From Acidimicrobiia bacterium (GTDB lineage: Bacteria; Actinomycetota; Acidimicrobiia; Spongiisociales; ZC4RG35): a stretch of DNA of 64,000 bases. The notes beneath the pieces are model-generated. The model saw only the letters and a program-made list of their open reading frames with translations, made no database searches and had not been told where the DNA came from. The translations under genes and the position numbers were made by a program. This document shows, piece after piece, positions 31,273-42,327 of this stretch (positions are counted from its first letter, which is position 1; each line of letters starts with the position of its first letter). Where the stretch lies: NCBI GenBank assembly GCA_965215185.1, contig OZ244034.1, forward strand, positions 672,001 through 736,000, given 5' to 3'.

Positions 31273-32451
31273 TTGATCTTGAGTCCCAGAGTCTGGTCCT
31301 TCACTTCCGAATCGGTGGTTGGAGGGCATCCCGATAAGGTGGCCGACCTGATCGCCGATCGTATTCTCGATGCGGTAATGGAAGCCTTTCCCGGTTATCC
31401 ACGGCCCCGGGTCGCCTGCGAGGTGCTGGTAACCGGAAACCGGGTGATATTGGCCGGGGAGACGTCGCATCCCCTTGACGAGGATGCGATTGAAGCCACC
31501 ACCCGGCAAGCGATCGCCGACGCGGGATACGGGCCGGGCGACCCCGAATTCCCCTGCGACGCGGTGGAGATCACCAACCTCATCCAGTCACAATCTTCCG
31601 AAATAGCCCAGATGGTGGTGGAGGGAGAGGAAATCGGGGCGGGAGACCAGGGGATCATCTTCGGTTACGCATGCGATGAAACCGCTCCGCTCATGCCGCT
31701 TCCCATCCATTTGGCGCATGGGTTGGCGCGCCGACTGGCGCAGGTGCGGACCCTGGGGATCATCGACTATCTGCGTCCGGATGGCAAGACCCAGGTCACG
31801 GTGGAATACGAGGGCCGCAGACCCGTGAGGGTCAGCCAAGTCGTGGTGTCGGCTCATCACCGAAAGGGCGTCGACGTCAGCAGGCTGCGGGAGGATATCA
31901 CCCGGGAGGTGATCCGCCCGGTGATCGCACCTGATCTTTTGGAAGGCAAGCCCCTGTTCCTAATTAACCATTCGGGTCCCTTCACTGCGGGGGGTCCGGG
32001 TTCGGACACCGGCCTGACCGGTCGCAAACTGGTGGTGGACACCTATGGCGGGTACGGTCCGCACGGGGGTGGGGCCCTTTCCGGGAAAGACCCCACCAAG
32101 GTAGACAGATCGGCTTCCTACGCCGCTCGTCACGCGGCCAAGAATCTGGTGGCAGCCGGACTTGCCCAGCAGTGTTCCCTGCAACTCAGCTATGTGATCG
32201 GATCGCCGAACCCTCTCTCGCTTCATGTCGACTGCTACAACACCAACACGGCGCCGCTGCCGGCCTTGGAGAGGGCCCTGCTGGAGGTGCTTAGTTTTCG
32301 CCCGCAACACATGATCGAAAACCTTGGACTTTGGGAGACCTGTTTCAGCGATACCACCCTGTACGGTCACTTCGGCCGGGAAGACGCCGGCTTTTCCTGG
32401 GAGAGAACCGACTTCACCGAGCAGTTGAGGGCCGCGGCGCAATCGCGGTGA
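31273..32451 (+). CDS. metK: S-adenosylmethionine synthetase
   Basis: TSESV..GHPDK, GAGDQG, PDGKTQV, GGGALSGKDPTKVDRS. Confidence 0.97.
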   Translation: MILSPRVWSFTSESVVGGHPDKVADLIADRILDAVMEAFPGYPRPRVACEVLVTGNRVILAGETSHPLDEDAIEATTRQAIADAGYGPGDPEFPCDAVEITNLIQSQSSEIAQMVVEGEEIGAGDQGIIFGYACDETAPLMPLPIHLAHGLARRLAQVRTLGIIDYLRPDGKTQVTVEYEGRRPVRVSQVVVSAHHRKGVDVSRLREDITREVIRPVIAPDLLEGKPLFLINHSGPFTAGGPGSDTGLTGRKLVVDTYGGYGPHGGGALSGKDPTKVDRSASYAARHAAKNLVAAGLAQQCSLQLSYVIGSPNPLSLHVDCYNTNTAPLPALERALLEVLSFRPQHMIENLGLWETCFSDTTLYGHFGREDAGFSWERTDFTEQLRAAAQSR

Positions 32452-34250
32452 CTGCTGTCCGGGTAATCCCGGCAGTGCCCGCCTTTGAGGTGGAGCAGGG
32501 ATTCTGGTATTCGATCCCGGCCCACTTGACCGAACGAATCGGCTTGGGAGCCAAGGTGCGGATTCCGCTGGGAAGCGGACACACCCATGGATACGTGGTG
32601 GAGCAAGGCGACCGCCCGCCCCACAAACTCAAACCCGTCTCCTCCATAAGCGGTGACCTCCCGGTTTTTGACGCGGCCCTTCTGTCGGTGTGTCGATGGG
32701 CTGCTCATCACTATGTGAGCCCCCTCTCCACCATCTTGTCCAAGACCGCTCCTCCCAACGCTCCCCGAAAGCCGGCCCCCCAGCAAGTGTCGCCCCCGCC
32801 GGCACCGATGGATCTTGAGCATCCGGCTTCCCGGCTGGGAGAGGACGCGGCCCGGGGCCGCCGCAGAAGGCCGGGATGTCTGCTCATGAACCCCGATGGC
32901 GGGGAATGGGCGAGGCCACTTCTGGGACCAACCTTGGAGGCAGGTAGGTCGGCTATGGTGGTGGTGCCCACCGTCTTGGAGGAAGAACGGATGACCCGCC
33001 TTCTTCATGAGATTTATCCCGGTCGGGTGATGGGGGCCAGTTCTCGGCACACCGACCGTCATAGGACCACGGTGTGGGCACACCTGGCTACTCGGGAAGG
33101 GATGTTGTTGGTGGCAACTCCTGCGTCGGTCCTGTGGCCGATGTCCGTCCCCGGAGCGCTGGTGGTGGTGGAAGACGGGCGGCGGGCCCATAAGAGCCGG
33201 AAAAGTCCAACGGTCGGAACCCGTCGGCTTCTTCGGGAGAGGAGCATCCGGGAAGGATCGGCACTGGCTGCGGTGGGGCCCTTTCCCAGTGTGGATTTCC
33301 TGGCTCTGGGACCCGATCTCTTTCACAGTCGGTCCCGCCAAAGGCTCTGGTCGCACATCGAGGTGGTGAACCGAAGGGAAGTTGGTTTCACCGGCCTGTT
33401 CCACCCTCTCACCCTGTCCGCGCTGCGGACGGTGGCCTCGGCGGGACGGGCTTTCGTCTTCGCTCACCGACAGGGTTATGCCCCCGCTATGCGTTGCGGG
33501 GCGTGTAAGACGCTGCGCCGTTGTCCAGAGTGTGGAGGTCGGGCAGAGAGGGATTCGATGTGTCAAAGGTGTGGTACCGAGTTGGGCGCTTGCCGCAACT
33601 GCGGCAAGGGGTTTTTCGAGCCGTTGGGGGCGGGGGTGGAGCGGGTGCGCATTGAAGTTCGTCGCCTTTTGGGGGGAAGTTCGGTGGGGGTGGTGGGTGA
33701 AGAGGCGCCTATCACGGTGGGAACCGAGGCTGCCCTGGCCGGGGCGGGAGTCTTTGATCTGGTGGTTGTGGTGGACGCTGACGGGCTGTTCTACGCCCCC
33801 CACTACCGAGCGGAGGAGGAGGCGCTTCGCGTAATGGTTCGACTGGCGGGGCGACTGTCTCACGGTGGCGGGCGTCGATTGCTGGTGCAGACCTCAACTC
33901 CGGGTCACCGGGTGCTTTCTGCTCTGCGCAAGGGGGATGGAATGGCTTTCCTCCAGGAGGAGTTGGACCGTCGGATTCAGGCGGGTTTTCCGCCGCAGGG
34001 ACAGTTGATGGCGGTCGAAATTCGGGGCCAGCACTCCGAGACGGCTTCCCAGCGGTTTGGGTCCGAGATGGGAGGGCTTGGTAGCCAGAAGGCAGCAGTG
34101 CATGGGCCGGTCGATTTCTCATCCGGTCTGCGTTGGTTAGTGGAGGGAGAGGACTTGTGGGAGGTGAAAGGGAGGTTGCGCCCGCTGGTGTCCAGGTGGC
34201 GGCAGCGGGGGTTGGTGGTGCGGGTGGATGTGGATCCCATTGACTTGTAA
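32448..34250 (+). CDS. priA: Primosomal protein N' (helicase-degenerate actinobacterial type)
   Basis: Four CxxC zinc motifs, G.G.ERV, C-terminal VDVDPIDL; metK-priA-def order. Confidence 0.9.
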   Translation: MTAVRVIPAVPAFEVEQGFWYSIPAHLTERIGLGAKVRIPLGSGHTHGYVVEQGDRPPHKLKPVSSISGDLPVFDAALLSVCRWAAHHYVSPLSTILSKTAPPNAPRKPAPQQVSPPPAPMDLEHPASRLGEDAARGRRRRPGCLLMNPDGGEWARPLLGPTLEAGRSAMVVVPTVLEEERMTRLLHEIYPGRVMGASSRHTDRHRTTVWAHLATREGMLLVATPASVLWPMSVPGALVVVEDGRRAHKSRKSPTVGTRRLLRERSIREGSALAAVGPFPSVDFLALGPDLFHSRSRQRLWSHIEVVNRREVGFTGLFHPLTLSALRTVASAGRAFVFAHRQGYAPAMRCGACKTLRRCPECGGRAERDSMCQRCGTELGACRNCGKGFFEPLGAGVERVRIEVRRLLGGSSVGVVGEEAPITVGTEAALAGAGVFDLVVVVDADGLFYAPHYRAEEEALRVMVRLAGRLSHGGGRRLLVQTSTPGHRVLSALRKGDGMAFLQEELDRRIQAGFPPQGQLMAVEIRGQHSETASQRFGSEMGGLGSQKAAVHGPVDFSSGLRWLVEGEDLWEVKGRLRPLVSRWRQRGLVVRVDVDPIDL

Positions 34251-34265
34251 GATTGAGAATCGCTA

Positions 34266-34760
34266 ATGGCCACTCTTCCTATTCGTGTGTTCGGCGATCC
34301 GGTCCTGAGGGCAATCTCTACACCAGTGATGGAGATCAACGGTCGGATCAAAAAGCTGGTTGATGACATGATCGAGACTATGTATGACGCTCCCGGGGTG
34401 GGGCTGGCCGCCCCCCAGGTGGGGGTGGGGCGGCGTGTCTTCGTTTTTGACATCCTCGACGATCAGGGGCCCCGCACTGTCATAAATCCGCAGTTGGTGG
34501 AAACTTCTGGGGAGTGGGAGTACGACGAGGGGTGCCTTTCCGTGCCCGAGTACTTCTGGCCGATCCGCCGTCCGGCTTGGGCGGTGGTGAGGGGGTTGGA
34601 TTTGGAGGGCAACGAGGTGGAGTGCGGGGGAGACGAACTTCTGGGCAGGGTGCTTCAGCACGAATTTGATCATCTCAATGGCGTGTTGCTGTTGGAGCGT
34701 CTTGACCGAGGCGAGCGGAAAAAGGCTTTGCGGGCGATTAGGGAAGACGCCTTGGGGTAA
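34266..34760 (+). CDS. def: Peptide deformylase
   Basis: GVGLAAPQ, EGCLS, QHEFDH. Confidence 0.98.
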   Translation: MATLPIRVFGDPVLRAISTPVMEINGRIKKLVDDMIETMYDAPGVGLAAPQVGVGRRVFVFDILDDQGPRTVINPQLVETSGEWEYDEGCLSVPEYFWPIRRPAWAVVRGLDLEGNEVECGGDELLGRVLQHEFDHLNGVLLLERLDRGERKKALRAIREDALG

Positions 34761-34780
34761 TAACACGATTCCATTCCGGT

Positions 34781-35710
34781 TTGGAACGGGTGGTGTTCTT
34801 GGGGACTCCCACCGCCGCGGTCCCCGCTCTGCGGGCCCTGGCTCAGAGGGCGGAGGTTGCTTTGGTGATCACCCGTGAAGATCGCAGGAGAGGCAGATCC
34901 GGTCGAAAGAGCCCCTCAGAGGTAAAGAAGGCTGCCGGGGAGCTGGGGCTGCCCACGGCGTGTCCCACCGATCGGGCCGGATTGCTCAAGGCCCTGCAAG
35001 AGGCGGGTCCCATCCAGTTGGGGGTGGTGGCTGCCTACGGGATGCTGCTCACCCCGCCGATGCTGGAGACGGCTGCGGCCGGGTTCGTCAACGTCCACTT
35101 TTCCTTGTTGCCCCGCTGGCGGGGAGCTGCGCCGGTGGCGGCAGCCATCCGCGCCGGGGACCCGGTCACCGGAGTGAGTCTGATACGCATGACCGAGGGT
35201 TTGGACACCGGACCGGTGCTGGCGTCCGCCACCCACGGCATCGGGGAAAGGGACACCCGGGGAGAACTGACCGAAAAACTCTCGCATCTGGGGGCGGCAT
35301 TGCTGGAGAAGAACCTGGTGGGGTTGATGGCGGGCGGCCTGGAGGAAAGACCCCAGCACGAGCCGGACGCCACCTACGCCCCCCGATTGACATCCGAAGA
35401 CGCCCGCCTGCACTTTGACCGGCCTGCCGAGCAGTTGGCCCGGCAGGTGAAAGCCATGGCGCCCCGCCCGGGCGCCTTCGCGTGGTGGGGCCAGAGCCGG
35501 ATGCGCATCCTGCAGGCTGGGTGGGCTTTCTCTTCTCCCTTGAGTCTTCGCGTAGGAGAGTTGGCCGTGGCCCATCGGGATCTTTGGTGCGGGGCTGGGC
35601 GCGGCTCATTGATACTGGAGAGCATCCAGCCGCCCGGCAAGGGAGTGATGCCGGGCGCGGCCTGGGCGAGGGGAGTGCGTGGGGAGTTGGGGTTCCTGAC
35701 TTCGGAGTAA
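34781..35710 (+). CDS. fmt: Methionyl-tRNA formyltransferase
   Basis: VFLGTP, NVHFSLLPRWRGAAP, GLDTG. Confidence 0.97.
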   Translation: MERVVFLGTPTAAVPALRALAQRAEVALVITREDRRRGRSGRKSPSEVKKAAGELGLPTACPTDRAGLLKALQEAGPIQLGVVAAYGMLLTPPMLETAAAGFVNVHFSLLPRWRGAAPVAAAIRAGDPVTGVSLIRMTEGLDTGPVLASATHGIGERDTRGELTEKLSHLGAALLEKNLVGLMAGGLEERPQHEPDATYAPRLTSEDARLHFDRPAEQLARQVKAMAPRPGAFAWWGQSRMRILQAGWAFSSPLSLRVGELAVAHRDLWCGAGRGSLILESIQPPGKGVMPGAAWARGVRGELGFLTSE

Positions 35711-35736
35711 ACGCCCGGTAAGTAGTCTTTGGGGAC

Positions 35737-36423
35737 GTGGTCCGCAAGATTCGTGTAGCCCCTTCGGTCTTGGCTGCCGATTTGGGACAACTGCGATCGG
35801 AGATGGAGAGGGTTGCCTCCGGGGTCGACATGTTCCACCTCGACGTCATGGATGGGATCTATGTCCCGAACCTGACGTTTGGTCCACCGGTGATCAAATG
35901 GGTCCGCCCCGCGGTCAACACGTTATTCGACTGCCATTTGATGGTTTCCCGGCCTTTGGAGTTGCTGGAGCCCCTGGCGGAGGCGGGCGCCGATCATGTA
36001 ACCGTTCACACCGATGTCTGTCCCGATCCCAGCAAAGCCAGTCGGCTGGCCCGCCGACTCGGGATGGGGTTCGGTTTGGCGCTTTCACCTTCCGTTCCGG
36101 CATCGGTGGTGCGTCCCCATCTTCCTCACTTGGATATGGTGGTGGTGATGTCCGTCGAGCCGGGTTTTGGAGGGCAGCGGTTCATACCGGAGGTGCTTTC
36201 CAAAGTAAGGACCATCCGCAGTTGGATAGACGAGGAGGGCTTGGCAACCGCTCTGCAGATAGACGGTGGCATTGACCCGCAGACAGTTGCGCTGGCCGCG
36301 ACCGCGGGGGCTGATGTCTTCGTGGCGGGTACCGCCATCTTCGCCCGGTCCGATCCCCTGGGGGCGGTACAGGCATTGCGCAAGGCAATCGCTGATGCGC
36401 CCCCTTTTTTGGATGTCAGCTAG
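35737..36423 (+). CDS. rpe: Ribulose-phosphate 3-epimerase
   Basis: APSVLAAD, HLDVMDG.YVPNLTFG, MSVEPGFGGQ, IDGGI. Confidence 0.97.
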   Translation: MVRKIRVAPSVLAADLGQLRSEMERVASGVDMFHLDVMDGIYVPNLTFGPPVIKWVRPAVNTLFDCHLMVSRPLELLEPLAEAGADHVTVHTDVCPDPSKASRLARRLGMGFGLALSPSVPASVVRPHLPHLDMVVVMSVEPGFGGQRFIPEVLSKVRTIRSWIDEEGLATALQIDGGIDPQTVALAATAGADVFVAGTAIFARSDPLGAVQALRKAIADAPPFLDVS

Positions 36424-36429
36424 AAGCTC

Positions 36430-37509
36430 ATGGGTTTGAGTACCCCTGAGCAGCGGCGATGGCTACGTCTCGCCTTGAAATCGACTCTGTCCACCTATCC
36501 CCATCCCAATCCCCGGGTGGGGGCTTTGGTTCTGGATCCTTCGGGGCGAAAGGTGGGTAGCGGAGTCCACCAGGGGCCGGGCAACCCTCATGCCGAGATT
36601 CTGGCGCTGGGGCAGGCAGGGGACAGCGCCCGGGGCGGGGTGATCTTCACCACCTTGGAGCCTTGCGTTCATTACGGACGTACGCCTCCCTGTGTGGACA
36701 GTATCCGCGTTTCGGGAGTGGCGTCGGTGGTGGTGGGCGCGTTGGATCCCGATCAGCGAGTTTCAGGGCGCAGCGCCGCCCTCTTGGAAGCGGCCGGCAT
36801 AGAGGTGGTGGGTCCGCTGTCAACCGAGGAGGTGGAGGCGGCCGATCCCGGTTACTTTCATCACCGCCGCACCGGCCGTCCGCTCTTCACTTTCAAGGCT
36901 GCTGCCACTTTGGACGGATGGACAGCAGCCCGGGACGGGACCTCGCAGTGGATATCGGGTCCAGCCGCCCGCCGTGACGGGCATGGCCTGCGGGCTGATG
37001 CGGACGCAGTCATGGTGGGGGCCGGGACTCTCCGGTCCGACGACCCCCGGCTGACGGTGCGGATCAGCGGCCACCGGGGTCCCCAGCCGGTGCCGGTGGT
37101 GGTGGCAGGTCGCTCTCCACTGCCCCGCGTTCGAAAGCTTTGGGACCGACATCCCCTGATTGTCGCCCCACGCCCTTTGGATGCTTTCCCGCCGGATCGA
37201 CAGGTGGTGGCGCCCGGTGAAGGTGGATTGGTCGATCTGACTGCGGCGGCGCGGGCCTTGGGGGATCGGGGAATATTGGAGGTGTTGGTGGAAGGAGGTC
37301 CTCGACTGGCCGGCGCCATGTGGGCTGCGGGACTGATTGACCGTGGGGTCTTCTATCTGGCGGCCCGGATGGCCGGAGGTGAGGGATGGCCGGTCCTGCA
37401 GGGACTGTTCTCCACGTTGTCGGATGCCAAGCAGGTCACATTTGAAGATGTGCGGCGAGTTGGGGAAGACATCAGAGTCGCATGGCGCGGTCCACAGGAG
37501 AGTGGCTGA
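36430..37509 (+). CDS. ribD: Riboflavin biosynthesis deaminase/reductase
   Basis: PNPRVG, HAE, TLEPC.H.GRTPPC, SQWI, VEGG. Confidence 0.97.
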   Translation: MGLSTPEQRRWLRLALKSTLSTYPHPNPRVGALVLDPSGRKVGSGVHQGPGNPHAEILALGQAGDSARGGVIFTTLEPCVHYGRTPPCVDSIRVSGVASVVVGALDPDQRVSGRSAALLEAAGIEVVGPLSTEEVEAADPGYFHHRRTGRPLFTFKAAATLDGWTAARDGTSQWISGPAARRDGHGLRADADAVMVGAGTLRSDDPRLTVRISGHRGPQPVPVVVAGRSPLPRVRKLWDRHPLIVAPRPLDAFPPDRQVVAPGEGGLVDLTAAARALGDRGILEVLVEGGPRLAGAMWAAGLIDRGVFYLAARMAGGEGWPVLQGLFSTLSDAKQVTFEDVRRVGEDIRVAWRGPQESG

Positions 37510-38102
37510 TGTTTACGGGAATCGTGGCCGAAGTGGGACGGGTGGTCGGCTCGGGGCGGATGGATAAGGGAAGACGACTGACGATTGAAGCGCCGAACAC
37601 CACCGAAGATCTGAAGGTGGGGGATTCGGTGGCGGTCAACGGGATTTGCCTCACGGCCGTTTCGATTGATTTTCCCCGATTCGAGGTGGAGGCGGTGGCC
37701 GAGACCCTGGCTCGCACCAACCTTGGTGGGGTGAGGAAGGGGTCGTCGGTAAACCTGGAGCGACCGGTCCGCGTGGGCGGAAGACTCGACGGACATATCG
37801 TGCAGGGACACGTCGACGCGGCGGGGGTGGTGATTAGCGTCCAAGCGGAGGGGGAGAGCCGGAGAGTGAAGATCTCGATCCCCGAGGGCTTGGAGCGTTA
37901 TTTGGTATACAAAGGATCGGTGGCGGTGGACGGGGTGGCCCTGACCGTGACGGGGGTAAGCGAAGGGTCCTTCGACGTCGCTTTGATCCCCCACACCCTG
38001 CAGGCCACCACACTGCGAGATTTGGAGGTAGGAGATTCGGCTAATGTTGAGGTGGACATTCTGGCCAAATACGTTGAGAGGCTATTGGAGTTTCGCAGTT
38101 GA
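37509..38102 (+). CDS. ribE: Riboflavin synthase (alpha chain)
   Basis: MFTGIV N-terminus, [14 protein letters not shown]. Confidence 0.97.
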   Translation: MFTGIVAEVGRVVGSGRMDKGRRLTIEAPNTTEDLKVGDSVAVNGICLTAVSIDFPRFEVEAVAETLARTNLGGVRKGSSVNLERPVRVGGRLDGHIVQGHVDAAGVVISVQAEGESRRVKISIPEGLERYLVYKGSVAVDGVALTVTGVSEGSFDVALIPHTLQATTLRDLEVGDSANVEVDILAKYVERLLEFRS

Positions 38103-39316
38103 AGTTTGCATCCATACCCGAACTTGTCGAAGAGATTAGGAGGGGGGGAATGGTAATCGTCGTGGACGATCCTGATCGGGAGAACGAGGGAGATCTGATC
38201 GTGGCCGCCGAAAAGGTCACCGCCAAACAGATGGGTTTTCTCATTCGACACACCAGCGGGATCGTTTGTCTTCCCATCATCGGCGAGCGTCTTGATGAAC
38301 TGCAGATACCCCTCATGACACCCAGGACGGACCCTTCCGATTTGGGCACCGCCTTCACCGTGGCGGTTGACGCCCGTGACGGCGTCACCACCGGCATTTC
38401 CGCGGCTGATCGTACCCAGACGGTTCGCGCCATGATTGATCCCGAATCACGTCCCGTCGACATCGACCGGCCCGGCCATGTGTATCCGCTTCGCTACCAG
38501 CCCGGAGGAGTGTTGAGACGCGCCGGTCATACCGAAGCCTCGGTTGATCTGATGCGCTTGGCAGGGGTGTACCCGGCAGGGGTGATCGCAGAGGTGATGA
38601 ACGATCAGGGGGAGGTGGCCAAGCTGGAGGAACTCCAACGGTTTGCTCAAGAGCATGGGTTGTTGATCGGCTCGGTCGCCGATCTGATCTCCTATCGCCG
38701 CCGTACCGAGGGCAAGCTGGTGAAACGGGTGGCGAGTGCCCGGATGCCTACCGTCATGGGGGAGTTCAATGCGGTGGGATATCACTCCTTGGTGGATGGA
38801 CGACAGCATGTCGCGCTGGTGATGGGGGAGATAGGGGATGGGGAGGATGTGCTGGTGAGAGTCCATTCCGAGTGCCTCACCGGGGATGTCTTCGGCAGCA
38901 TGCGCTGCGATTGCGGAGAACAGCTGACTCTGGCCATGGTCAAGGTGGCGGAAGAGGGCCGAGGATTGGTGCTGTACATCCGCGGACATGAGGGGCGGGG
39001 AATCGGATTCTTCCCCAAACTCGTTGCCTACAACCTTCAGGATGAGGGGCTGGATACGGTGGACGCCAACCGGAATATGGGACTGCCGGTGGACTCTCGC
39101 GACTATGGGGTAGGGGCGCAGATCCTTTATGACCTGGGGGTCAGATCAATGAAGTTGCTGACCAACAACCCGGTCAAGCGGGCCGGCATTGAGGGATACG
39201 GTTTGACCATCCGAGAGCGCGTTCCGTTGGTGGTGGCCCCCAATGATCAAAACCGCCACTACTTGGAGACCAAAGCCACCCGCATGGGCCACATATACGC
39301 TCCCGACCCCGAATAG
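38099..39316 (+). CDS. ribBA: Bifunctional DHBP synthase / GTP cyclohydrolase II
   Basis: [34 protein letters not shown]. Confidence 0.97.
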   Translation: MKFASIPELVEEIRRGGMVIVVDDPDRENEGDLIVAAEKVTAKQMGFLIRHTSGIVCLPIIGERLDELQIPLMTPRTDPSDLGTAFTVAVDARDGVTTGISAADRTQTVRAMIDPESRPVDIDRPGHVYPLRYQPGGVLRRAGHTEASVDLMRLAGVYPAGVIAEVMNDQGEVAKLEELQRFAQEHGLLIGSVADLISYRRRTEGKLVKRVASARMPTVMGEFNAVGYHSLVDGRQHVALVMGEIGDGEDVLVRVHSECLTGDVFGSMRCDCGEQLTLAMVKVAEEGRGLVLYIRGHEGRGIGFFPKLVAYNLQDEGLDTVDANRNMGLPVDSRDYGVGAQILYDLGVRSMKLLTNNPVKRAGIEGYGLTIRERVPLVVAPNDQNRHYLETKATRMGHIYAPDPE

Positions 39317-39341
39317 GGACATAACCGGGAGCCCAGTCGGA

Positions 39342-40904
39342 TCAGGCCGCCCGGGTGTCCTTTCTGCGAAGCACCCGCCCGGCGGTGGTATTGACCAGGC
39401 ACCCGGCTTCGATGGCGGCTTGGCCGTTGACGAACACGTAGCCCATCCCTGCCGCGTTGTTTCGGGGGTAGTCGAAAGTAGCTCGGTCCTCTATCCTGGC
39501 AGGGTCGAAGACAGCGAGATCGGCGGCCGCCCCCGGTCGGATCGCGCCCCGGTCGACCAGACCGTATCTGGTGGCGGGCATGCCGGTCATTCTCCGTATT
39601 GCGTCGGGTAACTGTAGCCACCCTTTCTCACGCACCAAATGGGCCAGCACCCGAGCGTGGGCGCCAAAACCTCTGGGGTGTGGATAGCTTCCCCGGAAGA
39701 GGCCGTCGGAGCCCACCATCCCCAGTGGATGAGTCATGGCGCGGCGGAGTTTCTCCTGGTCGTTCCACCGGTACACCATCAGCACCCGGAGGCGGCATTC
39801 CACCAGCAGTTTGCACACGGTCTCCGCCAGCGTGTTTCCTACGGCGCCGATTGCGTCGCGGAGCGAACGACCCTCCAACCAGTGGTAGGGACCGTCTGGA
39901 AGTGATGAGAAGAACGCGTCTTGGGGTCGGGAGACGTAGGCCCCGAAGAATCTCTCGATGTCCGGCGCCACGCGTGATTGGACCTCGGGATCGGCCAGCA
40001 ATTCGATCACCCGGCCGGGAGGACCCTGATCCACCCACTGGGGGAGGCAGAAAGCCAAGTGGCTGCTGGCCGCCATGTACGGATACGCGTCGAAGGTAAT
40101 GTCGACGCCCTCGTCCCGGGCGTCCACGAGTTCCTGGTAGAGCTGATCCGATCCGAATAGATGCGAGATGTGCACCGCTATTTGCGCCTCCCGACCGACT
40201 TGCAGGGCTTCACGGACGCCGGTTGTCACATCCCCCCGAATGCCTCGGACGTGGGAGGTGTATACCCCACCGTACTCGGCCACCACCTGCGCCACCGCCA
40301 CCAGTTCTTCGGTGGTGGAGTGCCCAGATGGAAAGTAGTCGAGACCCACCTGGATGCCCGAGGCGCCCTCCTCCATAACCTGGCGGGTGAGATTCTGCAT
40401 GTGTTCGACCTCCGATGGCGTCGCCGGGCGGGGATCCCACCCCACCGCTTCGGCCCGCACCGCGTTGAATCCCACCTGCGGAACCAGGTTGATTCCCACC
40501 TTCCCCTCGAACATTGCCAGGTATTCGCAAGTGTCGGACCACTCCCAGTCCTGTTCGGGAGCACCGTTGAAAACCTCCAGGTAAGCCTTCATCTCGGCCA
40601 GACGCGGCGGCGACAGAGGGGTGTAGGCGAATCCATCCGGCGCCATTAGGTCGGTAGTGATCCCTTGCCGCAGACGGGCCTCCAGGTCGTCTCCACGCAG
40701 CAATGAGAACTCCGAGTGGGAGTGGACATCGATGAAACCGGGGCAGATCGCTAGGCCCCTTGCATCCACCCTGTGGTGGGTTTGGGCGTCATCCAGGCGC
40801 CCGACCGCCGCGATCCGGTTCCCGTTTAGACCCACATCGGCCCGGAACCCGGGGCTCCCCGTTCCGTCGAAAACAGTGCCTCCGGTCAGGAGCCAGTCGA
40901 ACAT
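39342..40904 (-). CDS. N-acyl-D-amino-acid deacylase family amidohydrolase
   Basis: DGTG.P, PGFIDVHSH, SHVR, HISH, GSDG, HPRGFG. Confidence 0.85.
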   Translation of the reverse strand: MFDWLLTGGTVFDGTGSPGFRADVGLNGNRIAAVGRLDDAQTHHRVDARGLAICPGFIDVHSHSEFSLLRGDDLEARLRQGITTDLMAPDGFAYTPLSPPRLAEMKAYLEVFNGAPEQDWEWSDTCEYLAMFEGKVGINLVPQVGFNAVRAEAVGWDPRPATPSEVEHMQNLTRQVMEEGASGIQVGLDYFPSGHSTTEELVAVAQVVAEYGGVYTSHVRGIRGDVTTGVREALQVGREAQIAVHISHLFGSDQLYQELVDARDEGVDITFDAYPYMAASSHLAFCLPQWVDQGPPGRVIELLADPEVQSRVAPDIERFFGAYVSRPQDAFFSSLPDGPYHWLEGRSLRDAIGAVGNTLAETVCKLLVECRLRVLMVYRWNDQEKLRRAMTHPLGMVGSDGLFRGSYPHPRGFGAHARVLAHLVREKGWLQLPDAIRRMTGMPATRYGLVDRGAIRPGAAADLAVFDPARIEDRATFDYPRNNAAGMGYVFVNGQAAIEAGCLVNTTAGRVLRRKDTRAA

Positions 40905-40983
40905 TCCCGATCCTTGGCGTAACGCGTCACGGTTTCCGATGGTACTTCAGAACTGGTCTTCCAGAAGCCCGGCCGCGACGGTG

Positions 40984-42123
40984 TCAGAGAGTGATGACCA
41001 GTTTGCCGACATGGCTCTTGGCCAAAAAGGCCTCTTGTGCGGCGTGGATCTCCGATAGCGGGTAAGAGCCACCTACGATCGACCGGACCAAGCCGCCCTC
41101 GATGTAACCCACCAGATCCGAAAACACTCCAGGTTCGTAGACAGTTGCACCGTGAAGCGTGAGATCCTTCAGATAGAGGGTTCTTAGATCAAGCTCTACC
41201 ATCGGCCCGGCTATGGCCCCGGAAGTGAGGTACCTCCCCCGGTGGCGCAATACCTCCAGCCAACCTCCAAAATCATCACCGCCCACCACATCGGCCACTA
41301 CGTGGAAAGGCCCTCCGTTGGCCTCCATGGCTGTCTGAGGAACCTGACCGACCTGCCGGATCGCTACATGATCGGCGCCGAGGTCGCTCACCTCATCGAG
41401 TTTGGCCGCAGTGGTTATGGCGACCACCCGGGCGCCCCGGAGCTTGGCAAGTTGCACCAGCGCGCTGCCCACCCCTCCCGATGCCCCCGGCACCACTATC
41501 GTCTCCCCGCCGCGGAGGTTGGCCAGCTGCAGCATATGTTCGGCGGTCGACCAGGAACACGGGAAGGCAGCCAGTTCCAGGTCAGAGAGGTCGGTGGAGA
41601 TGGGATACACGTTTTCGCTCGGTGCTGTGCAGTATTCGGCAAAGCCGCCATCACGTTCGCTTCCCACGTATCCGGCGAACTCGGGCTGGTCGGGGCGAAG
41701 TCGATCTCGCAGGCAAGGATCGACCATCACTCGACGGCCGATGAGATCGGGATTGGCTCCGTCTCCAACTTCCACCACCACCCCGACAACGTCGGAGCCT
41801 TGAATGCGGGGAAAGGACAGCCCCCTCCGACTCCATCCCACGTCACGGAGGTCAGCGTCGTCGTAACCGGATTCGCTGGTGGCGGTGGTTATCGAACGGC
41901 TGTACCAACCCACGCGGGTGTTGATATCTGAGTTGTTGAGACCGCAGGCGGCCACGCTCACCACAACATCGCCGGGTTCGGCGCGGGGTACCGGTACGTC
42001 GTCGCGGACCTGTAGCGCTTCGGGTCCTCCGATGCCCAGCAGTAGCGCGGCTCTCATGGTTTTGGGCCTGGCGGTGTTTTCACTTGGGTCCTGACCCGTC
42101 ACGTTCTGTTCAACTTTGCTCAT
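40984..42123 (-). CDS. Medium-chain dehydrogenase/reductase (zinc-binding ADH / quinone oxidoreductase family)
   Basis: PRIQGSD, DGGFAEY, GASGGVG, H.GKLV. Start uncertain (42057, 42123 or 42186). Confidence 0.88.
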   Translation of the reverse strand: MSKVEQNVTGQDPSENTARPKTMRAALLLGIGGPEALQVRDDVPVPRAEPGDVVVSVAACGLNNSDINTRVGWYSRSITTATSESGYDDADLRDVGWSRRGLSFPRIQGSDVVGVVVEVGDGANPDLIGRRVMVDPCLRDRLRPDQPEFAGYVGSERDGGFAEYCTAPSENVYPISTDLSDLELAAFPCSWSTAEHMLQLANLRGGETIVVPGASGGVGSALVQLAKLRGARVVAITTAAKLDEVSDLGADHVAIRQVGQVPQTAMEANGGPFHVVADVVGGDDFGGWLEVLRHRGRYLTSGAIAGPMVELDLRTLYLKDLTLHGATVYEPGVFSDLVGYIEGGLVRSIVGGSYPLSEIHAAQEAFLAKSHVGKLVITL

Positions 42124-42327
42124 CTTGGCAGCCGATCCTTGCTCATAGAACGTCCCGCCTTCGCTGTGTCTCTCAGTGGACTTCAAATGACCATAAGGAG
42201 GCTAACGCAAACCGGCGACCGCCAATGAGAGCGACAATTCCCAAGGGGTGTTTTCCGGGTTTGGCGGCGCCCACCCTTTCTCTTAGGGTTGCGATCCGCA
42301 GGACGCGTCCAAATAAAGGAGCAGGAC

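Noticed and set aside
31295-31340. MetK ESVVGGHPDK variant and AroK GMMSSGKT P-loop variant
   Set aside because: Isolated substitutions with all other motifs intact; not enough to claim altered function.
32448-34250. PriA lacking Walker A and DExH motifs
   Set aside because: Helicase-degenerate PriA is already known in Actinomycetota.
36420-36432. FMN riboswitch upstream of ribD
   Set aside because: Only 6 nt separate rpe and ribD.
42190-42320. c-di-GMP-I-like GCAAACC leader before the DUF1059-like gene; hammerhead-like CTGATG/CGAAA near 42540
   Set aside because: The remaining conserved core elements and stems are missing or in the wrong order.
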